Source: a virus
Length of the DNA stretch: 64,000 nucleotides
Virus record (IMG/VR): IMGVR_UViG_3300015371_000008
Span: 25,221 to 89,220 of that record
Reading direction: 5' to 3' (one strand)
Positions within the stretch are counted from its first letter, which is position 1; every line of letters starts with the position of its first letter. Under the pieces are notes generated by a model that did not search any database, had not been told where the DNA came from, and worked only from the letters and a program-made list of their open reading frames with translations. Both the position numbers and the translations under genes were made by a program. Below are positions 35,643 through 44,847 of the stretch, piece after piece.

Positions 35643-36032
35643 TCAGTCGCTCAGGAGGTTGTTCAGCCCCCAGGTTTCGCTGCGGTCGTGCAGCTGAACG
35701 GGGCCCCGGGTGCCGAACAGGCTGATCCAGGCGTCCTCGTACAGGCTTCCGCCGCCCATTACGACCCAGGCGCCACCGGGCATGTACGGCGTGTGAGTCC
35801 TGCTGTCCGGCTCGGCCAGCGGGCGCAGGGTCGGGCCGTAGCCGATTCCGGCCACGATGACGGCGGGGGCGTCCGGGCGGACCGGACGCAGTGCCGCGCC
35901 GTTCGTCAGCTTCAGGGCGTCCACGTCGGGTCCGACGATGGTGACGTCCCAGTAGGTGGCGCTGATTCCGCCGTTAGGGCTGTGGAACTGGCTCTTGAGG
36001 ATCTGGCCCGGGATGCCGTGGGTGTAGTTCAT
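35643..36032 (-). CDS. Hypothetical protein
   Basis: GGAGG RBS after a promoter cassette. Confidence 0.6.
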   Translation of the reverse strand: MNYTHGIPGQILKSQFHSPNGGISATYWDVTIVGPDVDALKLTNGAALRPVRPDAPAVIVAGIGYGPTLRPLAEPDSRTHTPYMPGGAWVVMGGGSLYEDAWISLFGTRGPVQLHDRSETWGLNNLLSD

Positions 36033-36057
36033 GTCAGCGGTCCTCCGACTCCTGTTG

Positions 36058-36108
36058 CTTGTCGCTCCGAACACAACCAACGGTACATCCATTTAGCGCG
36101 TACGGCAA
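36058..36108 (-). promoter_or_regulatory. CTAAATG-box promoter plus leader
   Basis: TTGCCG-17-TACCGT; GGAGCGAC. Confidence 0.75.
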
Positions 36109-36111
36109 GGG

Positions 36112-36567
36112 TTATCCGGAAGCGATGCCAGCAGCCGCCAGAATGCACACCTCATGCAGCATCTGGTCCACCAGCGTCTTGCCGTCGTCGTACCAGTCGC
36201 CGGACCCGGTCGCCTCCATGAACCGCTTGACCGGCCAGCGCCGGTCTATGACGGCGTGGGACGCCCACGAGAACGCCACAGCAGCGGCGGCGCGGCCGGG
36301 CCGGACCCGGACGCCGGTCGTCGCGGCTACCGCCGCCACGGTGGCGATGAGGGCCGCGTGGTAGGTGGCGCAGTGGCGCTGGTTCGCCTTCCACGTCTCC
36401 CGATTGGGCGTGCCGTTGTCCTGCCCCGTCTTCGGGTCGATGTTGTAGCCGGGCGCCGCCTTATGTGTGGCGTCGTGGTCGGTCTGGGGGCCGTAGTCGC
36501 CGAGCAGGTGGCCGACGCGGGCGGCGATGGCCAGGACGGCGAAGCGGATGGCACGGTCATGGTTCAT
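36112..36567 (-). CDS. DUF3307-family membrane protein
   Basis: GHLLGDY, SHAVIDRRWPV, DQMLH. Confidence 0.75.
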   Translation of the reverse strand: MNHDRAIRFAVLAIAARVGHLLGDYGPQTDHDATHKAAPGYNIDPKTGQDNGTPNRETWKANQRHCATYHAALIATVAAVAATTGVRVRPGRAAAAVAFSWASHAVIDRRWPVKRFMEATGSGDWYDDGKTLVDQMLHEVCILAAAGIASG

Positions 36568-36621
36568 GATTTCCTCCTGATGACGTGTCGCTCGTTGAAC
36601 GTCATTACAGACCTGATAGGG

Positions 36622-36655
36622 CACCGGGAACCCGTATTAGTACGGGTTCCCGGTG
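36622..36655. terminator. Perfect hairpin after the zinc-finger gene
   Basis: CACCGGGAACCCGTA-TTAG-TACGGGTTCCCGGTG. Confidence 0.55.
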
Positions 36656-36670
36656 TGGCGTGGGACACCT

Positions 36671-38164
36671 TCATTCGAAGAAGGCGTCCAGCTTCTTCTT
36701 GAAGGAGCGCAGTGCCCTGTCCTTCTCCTTGATGTCGTGCTCCAGCTCCTCGTTGCGCGCCTCCAGGTAGGTCAGGCGCTCCTTCATGGCCGGGTACTCG
36801 GTCATCATCCGGAAGGCGGCTTCGGCCGGTGTCTCGTCCGCGCCGGTCGGTGCGGCACCGTTGACGATGGCGGCCGGGGCGGGAACCGCCACCGTCTTGG
36901 CCTTGGTCGGTTTCGGAGTGGCGGGTGTCACAGCAGCCGTCGGAGGCGCGTCCTCCTTTACCGGAGTCGGCTCGTCGGCGTGCGTGCGGCGCAGTGCCTC
37001 GGGGTGGACTTCCTTCAGGTGGGTGCGGTACTTCGGCGTACCGTCGAACCATTGCAGGCAGTCCAACTTCTGACACATGACGTCGCTGTTCTTGTACTTG
37101 TCCGGATGGTCCCGCACTAGGTGCTTGCGGTAGGCGTAGGTGGTCAGGCGGACCGCGCCGCAGCCTTCCGGGCAGGGCAGGCCCGGCACTCCGACGGGGT
37201 GCTCTTCGGGGCGGGAGTTGAACTTGTTGATATGCGCCTGGGTGGCGTGCTCGACAGGATCGACGAACGCGCATCCGGTGGTGGGGCACGGGTAGAGCTT
37301 CACAGCTGCGGGAGTCTCCTCCGGTACGGTGGCGGGCTCCGGGGGGATTGACGCCGCGACCAGCGGTGCGAGGGTCGGGGTAGTGGTGGCGCTCATGGGG
37401 ACTTCCTTCGGAGATGGCGCAGTCATGACGACCGGTTCGGCCACTGCTCTTCTGCCGTCGTCCCGGACACGCCACACATCCTTGCCGCCCTTGCGGGCAG
37501 TGGGGGCGGAAATCTGCTTTCGTAGCGCGCCGGTGCGGCGCATCTCAGGGATGAGCTGGACATACAGCCGCTTCAAGTCGTCGGCATCCGGCTGAACCGG
37601 GAGGTCCGGCCACAGGCTGCGTAGCACGTCGTACAGGTCTCCGGACCAGTCGTAGACGGTGACGCCCCGTTCTTGGACCGGGGGGACGTCGGCTGCCCTG
37701 GCAAGTTCGAGAACGGCGGCGGTGATCAGGTCCATGGAGTAGGAGGTGTCGGAGAGGATTTCGTCGGCGGCTTTTGTCATGTCTACCTCGGGGGATTGGT
37801 TCGTTGTTGTGGGGGTGGCCTCTGGCAGCTGTTCGCTCGCCGCCGATGTTTCGTCGGCGACCTGTCGCCGGGCCTGTCTGGCTTGTTTCTGGAGTCGGTC
37901 GGGGCGGATCTCGATGCCCCAGCGGGCTAGCCGGGCTTCGACGTTGACCCGCTTCGACCCGTTGCCGAGCTGTGCGCCGAAGGTGATCGGCGGGTCCTGC
38001 GACCCAACCTTTGTGATCATGTATCCGTTTTTGGTCGTCCCCCTAATTTTGATCTGTGCGTCATCCTCGACGCTGGTCAGAATGATCGCTCCACCATCCT
38101 CCCGCCTGGTGAAGCCGTCAGCGGCACACACTTTGTCGATCAGTTCCGTTCCGTCGCTGACCAC
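36671..38164 (-). CDS. Protein with tandem C2H2-like zinc fingers and a C-terminal coiled coil
   Basis: CPTTGC..H, CPEGC..HLVRDH, CQKLDC..F..HLKEVH. Confidence 0.65.
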   Translation of the reverse strand: MVSDGTELIDKVCAADGFTRREDGGAIILTSVEDDAQIKIRGTTKNGYMITKVGSQDPPITFGAQLGNGSKRVNVEARLARWGIEIRPDRLQKQARQARRQVADETSAASEQLPEATPTTTNQSPEVDMTKAADEILSDTSYSMDLITAAVLELARAADVPPVQERGVTVYDWSGDLYDVLRSLWPDLPVQPDADDLKRLYVQLIPEMRRTGALRKQISAPTARKGGKDVWRVRDDGRRAVAEPVVMTAPSPKEVPMSATTTPTLAPLVAASIPPEPATVPEETPAAVKLYPCPTTGCAFVDPVEHATQAHINKFNSRPEEHPVGVPGLPCPEGCGAVRLTTYAYRKHLVRDHPDKYKNSDVMCQKLDCLQWFDGTPKYRTHLKEVHPEALRRTHADEPTPVKEDAPPTAAVTPATPKPTKAKTVAVPAPAAIVNGAAPTGADETPAEAAFRMMTEYPAMKERLTYLEARNEELEHDIKEKDRALRSFKKKLDAFFE

Positions 38165-38234
38165 GCGATCTCCTCTCGGTCAGGATTCCCGGGGCGGGTC
38201 TGGCTAGCCCGCCCAGGGGAATCGGATGGGGGTG

Positions 38235-41024
38235 TCAGGCACGGCCACCGAATCCGCGCCGGGTGTAGGCCCAGGCGACGTCGCCGACTACTTCAGCCTC
38301 CGCCTGATCCTCGACCTCCGGGTCGGCGAACCGGCCGTTGAGGACAGCGTCCAGGGTGACCCGCTTACCTCCGACCATGTCGTCAAGGTAGGAGTCGATC
38401 AACGGGTTACCGTCGGCATCCGTGCGGGCCACCAGGCGATAGGCGGTGCAGGGCCGGGTCTGGCCGATGCGGTGGATGCGCTTGGCCAGCTGATCCTCAT
38501 CGCCGGGCCCCCACGTCAACTCCACCTGGAGGATGCGGTTGCAGCCGCCGTCCGCGTGCAGGGTGTGGCCCGTGCCGCCCGCCTTGATGGCTATGGAGAT
38601 GACCTTGGCTGTTGGGTCGGTCTGGAACCGCTTCTTGTCGGCCTGCTTGGACTCCGACGACTGGCCGCCCTGCAACCGCAGACCGCCGTACGCCTTGGCG
38701 TAGGCGGTGACCTCTTCGCGCCGGTCGGCTGAGACGACCACTTTCTCTCCGGCGGCCACCTGCCGGTCGATCCATCGCATCGCGACCGGCCGCTTGGCCT
38801 TGCCGATCGCCGTCCGCAGCGTGTTGAGCAGGACCAGGTGCTGAGCACCTTCTGCCTTGATCGCTGCTTCGACGGCGGCGTCCTCGGGATCCACCCCCAG
38901 CTTCTTGGCGATCTTCCGGGCGCGGTCGGCCAGGAAGGTGACGACGTCGTCCTCCGCCTGGCGATACTCCGCCATCGCGGCCGGGTCCAGTTCGGCCGGG
39001 TCAACGTCGATCGTCTCTGCGGTGAACGCGGGCAGGCCCAGGATGGCGGGGTCGGTGCGGCGCACCATGATGCCCCACTCCATCAGCCGGTCGTGCAGCT
39101 CCTCCAAATGGTCCGACCCGGTGTACTTGGGACCGTACTCGTGGTACTTCGCCTTCTCGGCAGGGTCTACGGCGTAGCGCCACAGGAACTTCTTCCGGCC
39201 CCCGAACAAGTGGATCAGGCCCATCATGGACAGCTGCTCGCACAGTTCCCGCACGTAGTTCAGGATGCTCGTGCCGGACAGGTTGAGGATGTAGCCGTCG
39301 GCCTTCACGATCGGCTCGGCAACCATCGCTGCGGCCTGCGTCCGGTTGGCGCTGGCTTCCTTGACGTCCTGCCCCTCATCGATGATCAACGCTTTGGGGT
39401 TGAGCCGGTTGACCGCCTCGACCCACGAGAACCGCTTGACGGCGTCGTACTTTCCGGCGGCGTGTCGGGCAATCGCGACCAGAGCCGCTTCGATCTGGCG
39501 CTGCGTCATCGTCCGGTCGCCGGAGATGAGTGCCTCGACGGTTCGCTGTGACACCGACTCCTTGGAGACCGACACACCGCCGGAGGGGCGCTTGGCCTCC
39601 ACCGTCCGCGTGGCCGCCGCAGCGATCCTGGCAGTGGTTTCGTAGCCGGGCTGGGTGAGCAGGTAGGCGACAGCGCGGCGGGCCCGGTCCGGCTTGACCA
39701 GCTCCAGCGGGTCGGTTCTGACCTTCTTGGCGTCGGCGGTCGTCCAGGTCGGCACCGGCGGGGTGTAGCCGAGGTTGTTGGAGCCGATCACCACGATGTC
39801 GGTGTCACCAGGGATGACCTGAGCATCCTGGCCGGTAGCGAGGTAGACGTTGAGGTAGGGGAAGAACTTTTCGACCTCGTCGGCCCAGTTCTCCACCAGT
39901 GAGGGGCGGCACACCACGACGGCCGGGTATGCGCCTGCGGCAGCGAGGGTGGCCAGCGATTGCAGGCTCTTCCCGAAACCCATCTCATCGCCGAGGATGA
40001 CCCGCTTGTGGGTCATCGCCCACCAGATCGCTACCCACTGCACGTCCTTGACCTGCTGGTCGGCGGCCAGGCCGGGGAAGTCCGGCATGGGGATGTTGAT
40101 TGTCGGCTGGGTGGCGTAGTAGGCGTTGGTGGACTGCCGGGTCGCCTCGTTCTCGATCGCTTCGCGGGCCTCTTCGGAGACGGTCAGCTCGAACTTCTCA
40201 ACGATCTCCCGCAGTCGGAACGGTGAGTCGGTCGGGATCACGTGGATGTGCCGGTCCTTTACCCAGGTGGACCGGTCGCGGTTCATGTCGCGCAGGTCGG
40301 CGTTCAGCGCCGGGTCGTAGTCGGCGGCGACGCAGAGTTTGCCCGTGTCGTCCAGGTAGACGTTCGGCGTGGCTTCTGCGGGCGTTGCTGCGGATTCGTC
40401 GGCCCGCATCTGGGAGATCGCTACCAGTGCGCGCACCTCGGCCGGGACGTCGATGCCGTGTCGGTCTGCGAAGTCGATCACCTTGGGCAGGGTGGTGAAG
40501 GGGAAGTCGTTGGACTTGTCGGGGAAGACGTTGCGGGGGTCGTCAGGCCAGTTGTAATGACGGCCGTCGCTGCGGGGCCAGTCTTTCAGTTCAGCGACCA
40601 GGGCCGGGTTGTACGGGAATGAGATCGCGACCCGCTCCCCCTCGCCGTCACAGCGCACCCATGACTCCGCCTTTCGGCGCTGCGCATCACGGATGCCTGC
40701 CACCCGGTTGCGGGCCCGCTCCTTGAAGGCGTCGCTGAGGCCGTCGAGGTCGTCGCCGCCGGGCGGGACGGGCAGGGTGTCCCAGTCGATGCCGAATCCG
40801 GCGAGTTGCTTCTTGTACTTGCGGATCATGGCCCGTGCGGTGATGGCCATGTCGTCGTCCCAGTCGGAGGCGGGGATGGATGCGGCGGCGTGGCCGAACC
40901 ACGAGTCGGGCTTGTTGAAGCCTTGGCCGTCGTAGTCGGCGGCCCAGTTGCACACGCCTGCCAGGGCTGAGACGGCTTCGTGGATGGGGGTGTAGTCCAT
41001 GGTTGGTTCTTTGACTCCCTGCAT
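38235..41024 (-). CDS. SNF2-family (SMARCAL1/HARP-like) helicase
   Basis: LGDEMGFGKS, IIDEGQ, LSGTSILN, AGGTGHTL, QLAKRIHRIGQ; HARP-like ISFPYNPALVAELK. Confidence 0.9.
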   Translation of the reverse strand: MQGVKEPTMDYTPIHEAVSALAGVCNWAADYDGQGFNKPDSWFGHAAASIPASDWDDDMAITARAMIRKYKKQLAGFGIDWDTLPVPPGGDDLDGLSDAFKERARNRVAGIRDAQRRKAESWVRCDGEGERVAISFPYNPALVAELKDWPRSDGRHYNWPDDPRNVFPDKSNDFPFTTLPKVIDFADRHGIDVPAEVRALVAISQMRADESAATPAEATPNVYLDDTGKLCVAADYDPALNADLRDMNRDRSTWVKDRHIHVIPTDSPFRLREIVEKFELTVSEEAREAIENEATRQSTNAYYATQPTINIPMPDFPGLAADQQVKDVQWVAIWWAMTHKRVILGDEMGFGKSLQSLATLAAAGAYPAVVVCRPSLVENWADEVEKFFPYLNVYLATGQDAQVIPGDTDIVVIGSNNLGYTPPVPTWTTADAKKVRTDPLELVKPDRARRAVAYLLTQPGYETTARIAAAATRTVEAKRPSGGVSVSKESVSQRTVEALISGDRTMTQRQIEAALVAIARHAAGKYDAVKRFSWVEAVNRLNPKALIIDEGQDVKEASANRTQAAAMVAEPIVKADGYILNLSGTSILNYVRELCEQLSMMGLIHLFGGRKKFLWRYAVDPAEKAKYHEYGPKYTGSDHLEELHDRLMEWGIMVRRTDPAILGLPAFTAETIDVDPAELDPAAMAEYRQAEDDVVTFLADRARKIAKKLGVDPEDAAVEAAIKAEGAQHLVLLNTLRTAIGKAKRPVAMRWIDRQVAAGEKVVVSADRREEVTAYAKAYGGLRLQGGQSSESKQADKKRFQTDPTAKVISIAIKAGGTGHTLHADGGCNRILQVELTWGPGDEDQLAKRIHRIGQTRPCTAYRLVARTDADGNPLIDSYLDDMVGGKRVTLDAVLNGRFADPEVEDQAEAEVVGDVAWAYTRRGFGGRA

Positions 41025-41081
41025 GGTGTCGCTCCTCACCGGTTGTCCACCAAAAGTACAATCATTTAGCGTTAGCTTCAA
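41025..41081 (-). promoter_or_regulatory. CTAAATG-box promoter of the SNF2 gene
   Basis: TTGAAG-17-TACTTT; GGTG-AGGAGCGA-CACC directly before ATG. Confidence 0.75.
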
Positions 41082-41156
41082 GGGTTTTGCGGGGGTAAAA
41101 ACCGCTGCCCACCGCCGGGGTCCTCCCTTTGGTGGGCAGCGTATGCGCCAGGTCCG

Positions 41157-41321
41157 TCAACTTGGCCAGGCCCGGCCGGTGATCAAAGCCACGCGGCCGT
41201 CGGTCGTGTCCAAGGTGTACTCCTGAACGATGACCGGCTGGCGGCCACCGTTGAGGTCGCGCAGGTGATCGCTGAGCCGGGTTGATCTGGTCGCCTCAAC
41301 ATCGACCTTGCGGCGGTTCAT
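41157..41321 (-). CDS. Small hypothetical protein
   Basis: ATGA-coupled ORF. Confidence 0.45.
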   Translation of the reverse strand: MNRRKVDVEATRSTRLSDHLRDLNGGRQPVIVQEYTLDTTDGRVALITGRAWPS

Positions 41322-41557
41322 GCCGCCGCGTCCGTAGCTGCGGGGTCGATCCAGCCGCCGAGACCGGAGCTGATGGCCGCGTCCAGGTGCTTGCACAGGT
41401 CCTTCGTCCCGGCCTTGCGGTAACGCCAGTCGGGGCAGTCGCAGTCAGGCAGCGTGACGTTGTAGGTCCGGCGCGGGTCGCTCTCCGACACCATCTCGAT
41501 GACCTTGGTGCGGAATGCGTAGGGGGCCTGCGAGGGGACGGTCCTGTCTATTGCCAT
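41318..41557 (-). CDS. SWIM zinc-finger protein
   Basis: YNVT..CDCPDWRYR..CKHL. Confidence 0.75.
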   Translation of the reverse strand: MAIDRTVPSQAPYAFRTKVIEMVSESDPRRTYNVTLPDCDCPDWRYRKAGTKDLCKHLDAAISSGLGGWIDPAATDAAA

Positions 41558-41576
41558 GTTCTCTCCTTGGGGGAGT

Positions 41577-41655
41577 CCCGGAGTCGCTCATCCCGGGGGG
41601 GTTCCGCTGAACTTTCCCTACCCTCCCATTGTACAGGCATTTAGCGTGTAGTCAA
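41577..41655 (-). promoter_or_regulatory. CTAAATG-box promoter plus leader hairpin
   Basis: TTGACT-16-TACAAT; CCCGG-GATGAGCGACT-CCGGG. Confidence 0.8.
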
Positions 41656-41658
41656 GTT

Positions 41659-42384
41659 TTAGGAAGGAGTCTCGACCTGCGTTTCCCCGTCTGGAGCGGT
41701 GACGGTGTACCCGGCTGAGATCAGCGCGGACAGGACCACATCCAACATCTGCTGCGGGTCCATCTCCGGGTAGTCGCAGCGCAGCCCGTCCATCGCCTGA
41801 CGGGCCGGTGCCAGTATCTGCTCCTGCGCCGCCGTCCGCGCCTCAGCCTCACGCCATGCCGGGCCGCCCTGGTCGCCCGGGACGGGAAGCAGCGGCACGT
41901 GCCCATTCACATGCGTGACCACGTTGTCACGCACCAACAGCGTCCAGGCGTCGCCCTTCGCGGCCACCTGAGCGTGAAAGCCGCCGGTGAGGCTGTGGTT
42001 GAAGGTGAACTGATCGAACTCGCACGGCCGGACCCAGCCATCCGGAAGCGGCTGGGAGACAACGGCCTCCTCCCGCAGGAAGTGGTGAATCAGCAGGTCC
42101 ATCCACTCCACCGCCGCATACGGCTTTTCGCAGCCGTCCCAGGCGAGAGCGGTGCCGTCCGGGGTCGGCGTCCACGGGCACCACAGACCAGGCTGGTCGG
42201 GGGGAGGCGTGGCGCGGCGGACATTGTTCCCGCTGGTGTAATACCCGGCGTCGTTGGTGTCGTACGGGCCCGTGAGACGGTCCCAGCGGCGCGAACCGTT
42301 GAAGCGGGTCAGGTAGGCCACCTCCGCCGCGTTCAGCGGCGGAGAGACGGCTACATAGCCTTCGAACTCGGTGTGGCAACCCAT
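41659..42384 (-). CDS. Hypothetical phage protein
   Basis: AGGAGG RBS; MGCHTEFEG..QPGLWCPW..WDG.EK.Y pattern. Confidence 0.65.
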   Translation of the reverse strand: MGCHTEFEGYVAVSPPLNAAEVAYLTRFNGSRRWDRLTGPYDTNDAGYYTSGNNVRRATPPPDQPGLWCPWTPTPDGTALAWDGCEKPYAAVEWMDLLIHHFLREEAVVSQPLPDGWVRPCEFDQFTFNHSLTGGFHAQVAAKGDAWTLLVRDNVVTHVNGHVPLLPVPGDQGGPAWREAEARTAAQEQILAPARQAMDGLRCDYPEMDPQQMLDVVLSALISAGYTVTAPDGETQVETPS

Positions 42385-42389
42385 CGGTC

Positions 42390-43190
42390 TCAGTCCTCCT
42401 GGTTGATGGCGTCGATGATGTCGGAGTCGCGGGCAGAGTCGAGCATGACCGGCTTGCCCTCCATCGGGATCATCATGAAGGAGCCGACCGTGTAACCGTC
42501 GGAGACGATCTGCTGGGCGGCCGACAGCCGGTAGTCCTTGTACTCGACCAGCCACGTGACCAGATCGTCGGCTGTGGCGAACACCGGCGACACCGGCGAG
42601 CCTTCTGAGACGGTCTCCCAGAACTGCCAGCCCTCCCCCGTCGGCGGGTCGGTCGCCTTCCAGGCTTCGGCGTCGGCGCGCTGCCCCGGATACTTCTCCA
42701 CGCTGCCGTGGCCGCCGCAGGGGCCGCACAGCAGGGGCACGCCCGCCTTGTCTGCCCGGAACTGCGTCAGCAGGCAGTGGTTGACGCCGTCGTGGCCGTA
42801 GGGGTGCAGGAAGCCGCCGCGCCGGTTGGCCTCGTTGACCTCGTTCGCGGTGACGGTTCGCGCCTCCCACTCCCGTGTCTCCCGGTTGAACTCGCACAGG
42901 CGCTTCTTGGACTGGAGGAAGTCCACCTCCTCGTCGGTGATGTCGGCGTTCCAGCCGATCTGGCGGGCCCATGAGGGCGGCACCCAGCCGCTGGCGAACG
43001 TCGGCACCCGGCGGTGGGAGCTGTGCTCGTAGAAGTTGTCGTACAGGTAGCGGGCCTCCGGTCCAAACCCGGAGGCGCCGCAGTGGTGGCACTCCGCCCC
43101 TTGCAGCCGGTCGGGCATCAGATAGCCCTCCCACACCTTTTTGAGTGGCCAGGCGAAATCCAGCGGGACACGCCGCACTTCACGACTCAC
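42390..43190 (-). CDS. Hypothetical phage protein with CxxCxG motifs
   Basis: REVRRVPLDF..PPTGEGWQFWETVSEGSPVSPVF. Confidence 0.7.
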   Translation of the reverse strand: MSREVRRVPLDFAWPLKKVWEGYLMPDRLQGAECHHCGASGFGPEARYLYDNFYEHSSHRRVPTFASGWVPPSWARQIGWNADITDEEVDFLQSKKRLCEFNRETREWEARTVTANEVNEANRRGGFLHPYGHDGVNHCLLTQFRADKAGVPLLCGPCGGHGSVEKYPGQRADAEAWKATDPPTGEGWQFWETVSEGSPVSPVFATADDLVTWLVEYKDYRLSAAQQIVSDGYTVGSFMMIPMEGKPVMLDSARDSDIIDAINQED

Positions 43191-43299
43191 GATCGCCCTC
43201 CTTGGAGTTGTCGTGCAGGTCTTTCGGCCCGTCGGGTGTTGGCTCTTCCGCCGTGTTGACCCTGTCGATGGGCAGGTGCCAGAACATTTCAGCTCGCAT
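43180..43299 (-). CDS. Microprotein (39 aa)
   Basis: AAGGAGGAG RBS after a three-way-junction element. Confidence 0.45.
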   Translation of the reverse strand: MRAEMFWHLPIDRVNTAEEPTPDGPKDLHDNSKEGDRES

Positions 43300-43334
43300 C
43301 TGGACTCTCCTCCTTTGTGCTGTCGCTCTTGCGT

Positions 43335-43379
43335 GCCCCCGTCCGGCCGCGAGCCGGGCGCCGTCCTACGGGCGGAGGC
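43335..43379 (-). ncRNA. tRNA-like three-way-junction element 4
   Basis: GCCTCCG/CGGGGGC; CCGT-AGG-ACGG; CCGG-CTCGCGG-CCGG. Confidence 0.65.
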
Positions 43380-43387
43380 TGGGGGTG

Positions 43388-43549
43388 TTACGTCAGGATG
43401 TGGGTGAAGAACACGGCGAGCTGGTTCGCTCCGGTTGTGACGCCGTTGATGGCTCCGTTGACCGCGTCGGCGGCGCTGGTCGGCCTAGTGAACAGGTAGA
43501 AGATAACGAATAGGACGGCAACGTACGTGATGACCTTCTTGACTCTCAT
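43388..43549 (-). CDS. Small membrane protein
   Basis: MRVKKVITYVAVLFVIFYLFTRP..; follows a three-way-junction element. Confidence 0.65.
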   Translation of the reverse strand: MRVKKVITYVAVLFVIFYLFTRPTSAADAVNGAINGVTTGANQLAVFFTHILT

Positions 43550-43587
43550 GGATGCTCCCCTCTCTGTGCGATGTCGCTCTCTCGCGT

Positions 43588-43630
43588 GCCCCGCCCGGAC
43601 TCGAACCGGGAGGCCGCCGATCGCCGGGGC
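43588..43630 (-). ncRNA. tRNA-like three-way-junction element 5 (canonical T-arm)
   Basis: CCCGG-TTCGAGT-CCGGG stacked on GCCCCG/CGGGGC-A. Confidence 0.65.
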
Positions 43631-43638
43631 TGGTGAAG

Positions 43639-43806
43639 CTATTGAAGCCGGATGACGGTCGGGTCGCATACGGCGCAGGCCCGTACCGTTTCGCCGTCGC
43701 GAACGCCCGACAGTAGCCATTCGTTGACGTGGTCGTCGCAGGTGGACGCGGATCTTCCGAGGTAGATGCCGTCTGTGGTGACCCAAAGTTGACGCTTCAC
43801 GACCAT
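43639..43806 (-). CDS. Microprotein with CxxH/CxxC
   Basis: AGGAGG RBS; flanked by two three-way-junction elements. Confidence 0.55.
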   Translation of the reverse strand: MVVKRQLWVTTDGIYLGRSASTCDDHVNEWLLSGVRDGETVRACAVCDPTVIRLQ

Positions 43807-43836
43807 GATTTCCTCCTGTGGTTGTCGCTCTTGCGT

Positions 43837-43878
43837 GCCCCGCCCGGTCGCGAACCGGGAGCCGACTACGGTCGGGGC
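43837..43878 (-). ncRNA. tRNA-like three-way-junction element 6
   Basis: Near-identical to element 3, loop TTCGCGA. Confidence 0.65.
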
Positions 43879-43885
43879 TGGTGAA

Positions 43886-44518
43886 TCAGTTGGCGGGATT
43901 GGCCCGCTCGTAGGCCAGGACGATCCGGGCCACAGCCGAGGCGTTGCCGCGAATCTCGACCATCCAGTACTCCTCGCCGAACAGGCGACGCCGCTTCACG
44001 TCGGCGTTCAGGCCCTCCTCCCGGGCCGCCCTGCGCAGCGCACTGGCGCGGCACCTGCCGTCGTCATCGGAGCCGGTCTCCACGATGTGGTTAAGCGTGG
44101 TCGGGTTGACGATGTAGTCGGCGATCTGCTGTGCCGTGAACGACTCGCCGGAGGCCGCCTTCGGCTGCTCGTCCTGCTCACCCGCCTTGACGACCTCCGC
44201 GATGATGTCGCCGAGCGACCGGGGACCGGGAACGAACAGCTCCAGGGACTTGGCCACCTTCAGATGGTCGCTGCCCATCTGGCCGCAGTTGCAGCGCCAG
44301 ACGTCGGCCTTGATGGCGGGGGTGGTGACGTTCGGGTTGATGCTGTTGCCGTAGTCGTCGATCGTGCCGATCTCCGGCAGCCACGAGTACTCCCGGTCAA
44401 CCCCGCACCGGGTCAGGTGCTCGCGCTCGGCGGGCTCCAGGGACGTGTAACCCCACCGGCCCGGCGTGGAGGCGTTGGCGACGAACCACTTCCAGGTGGC
44501 CGCAACGTGATCCATCAT
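43886..44518 (-). CDS. Hypothetical protein
   Basis: AGGAG RBS after a three-way-junction element. Confidence 0.65.
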   Translation of the reverse strand: MMDHVAATWKWFVANASTPGRWGYTSLEPAEREHLTRCGVDREYSWLPEIGTIDDYGNSINPNVTTPAIKADVWRCNCGQMGSDHLKVAKSLELFVPGPRSLGDIIAEVVKAGEQDEQPKAASGESFTAQQIADYIVNPTTLNHIVETGSDDDGRCRASALRRAAREEGLNADVKRRRLFGEEYWMVEIRGNASAVARIVLAYERANPAN

Positions 44519-44548
44519 GATCTTCTCCTGACGTTGTCGCTCGAACGT

Positions 44549-44591
44549 GCCCCCGTCGGTCGTGAACCGGCGCCCTCTACAGGGACGGGGC
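44549..44591 (-). ncRNA. tRNA-like three-way-junction element 7
   Basis: CCCT-GTAG-AGGG arm; loop TTCACGA. Confidence 0.6.
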
Positions 44592-44599
44592 TGGGTGGG

Positions 44600-44734
44600 T
44601 CAGAGTTCGTAGCAGCGATCTTTGTAGCAGGGGCCACAGATCTTCACCTCGACGGACTCGCCGTTGTCGGCGGGGACGGGGTCGATGACTTTCTCGACGT
44701 CGGGCCGGTCGTGTTCGCACCACTGACAGATCAT
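44600..44734 (-). CDS. Zn-ribbon microprotein (44 aa)
   Basis: MICQWC...ICGPC; first gene after a promoter cassette. Confidence 0.55.
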   Translation of the reverse strand: MICQWCEHDRPDVEKVIDPVPADNGESVEVKICGPCYKDRCYEL

Positions 44735-44754
44735 GATCTTCTCCTGTGATTGCC

Positions 44755-44801
44755 GTCGCTCTCAACACAACCTACTGTACACCCATTTAGCGGCACGTCA
44801 A
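44755..44801 (-). promoter_or_regulatory. CTAAATG-box promoter plus leader
   Basis: TTGACG-16-TACAGT; nearly identical to 31461-31511. Confidence 0.8.
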
Positions 44802-44847
44802 GGCGTTCCGGCGAACCGCTTCAGAGCAGGCCAACACGTAAAACACC

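Noticed and set aside
43588-43630. Possible tRNA gene (perfect GGTTCGAGTCC T-arm)
   Set aside because: Only 43 nt, with no D/anticodon arms and no CCA; it belongs to the repeated three-way-junction family instead.
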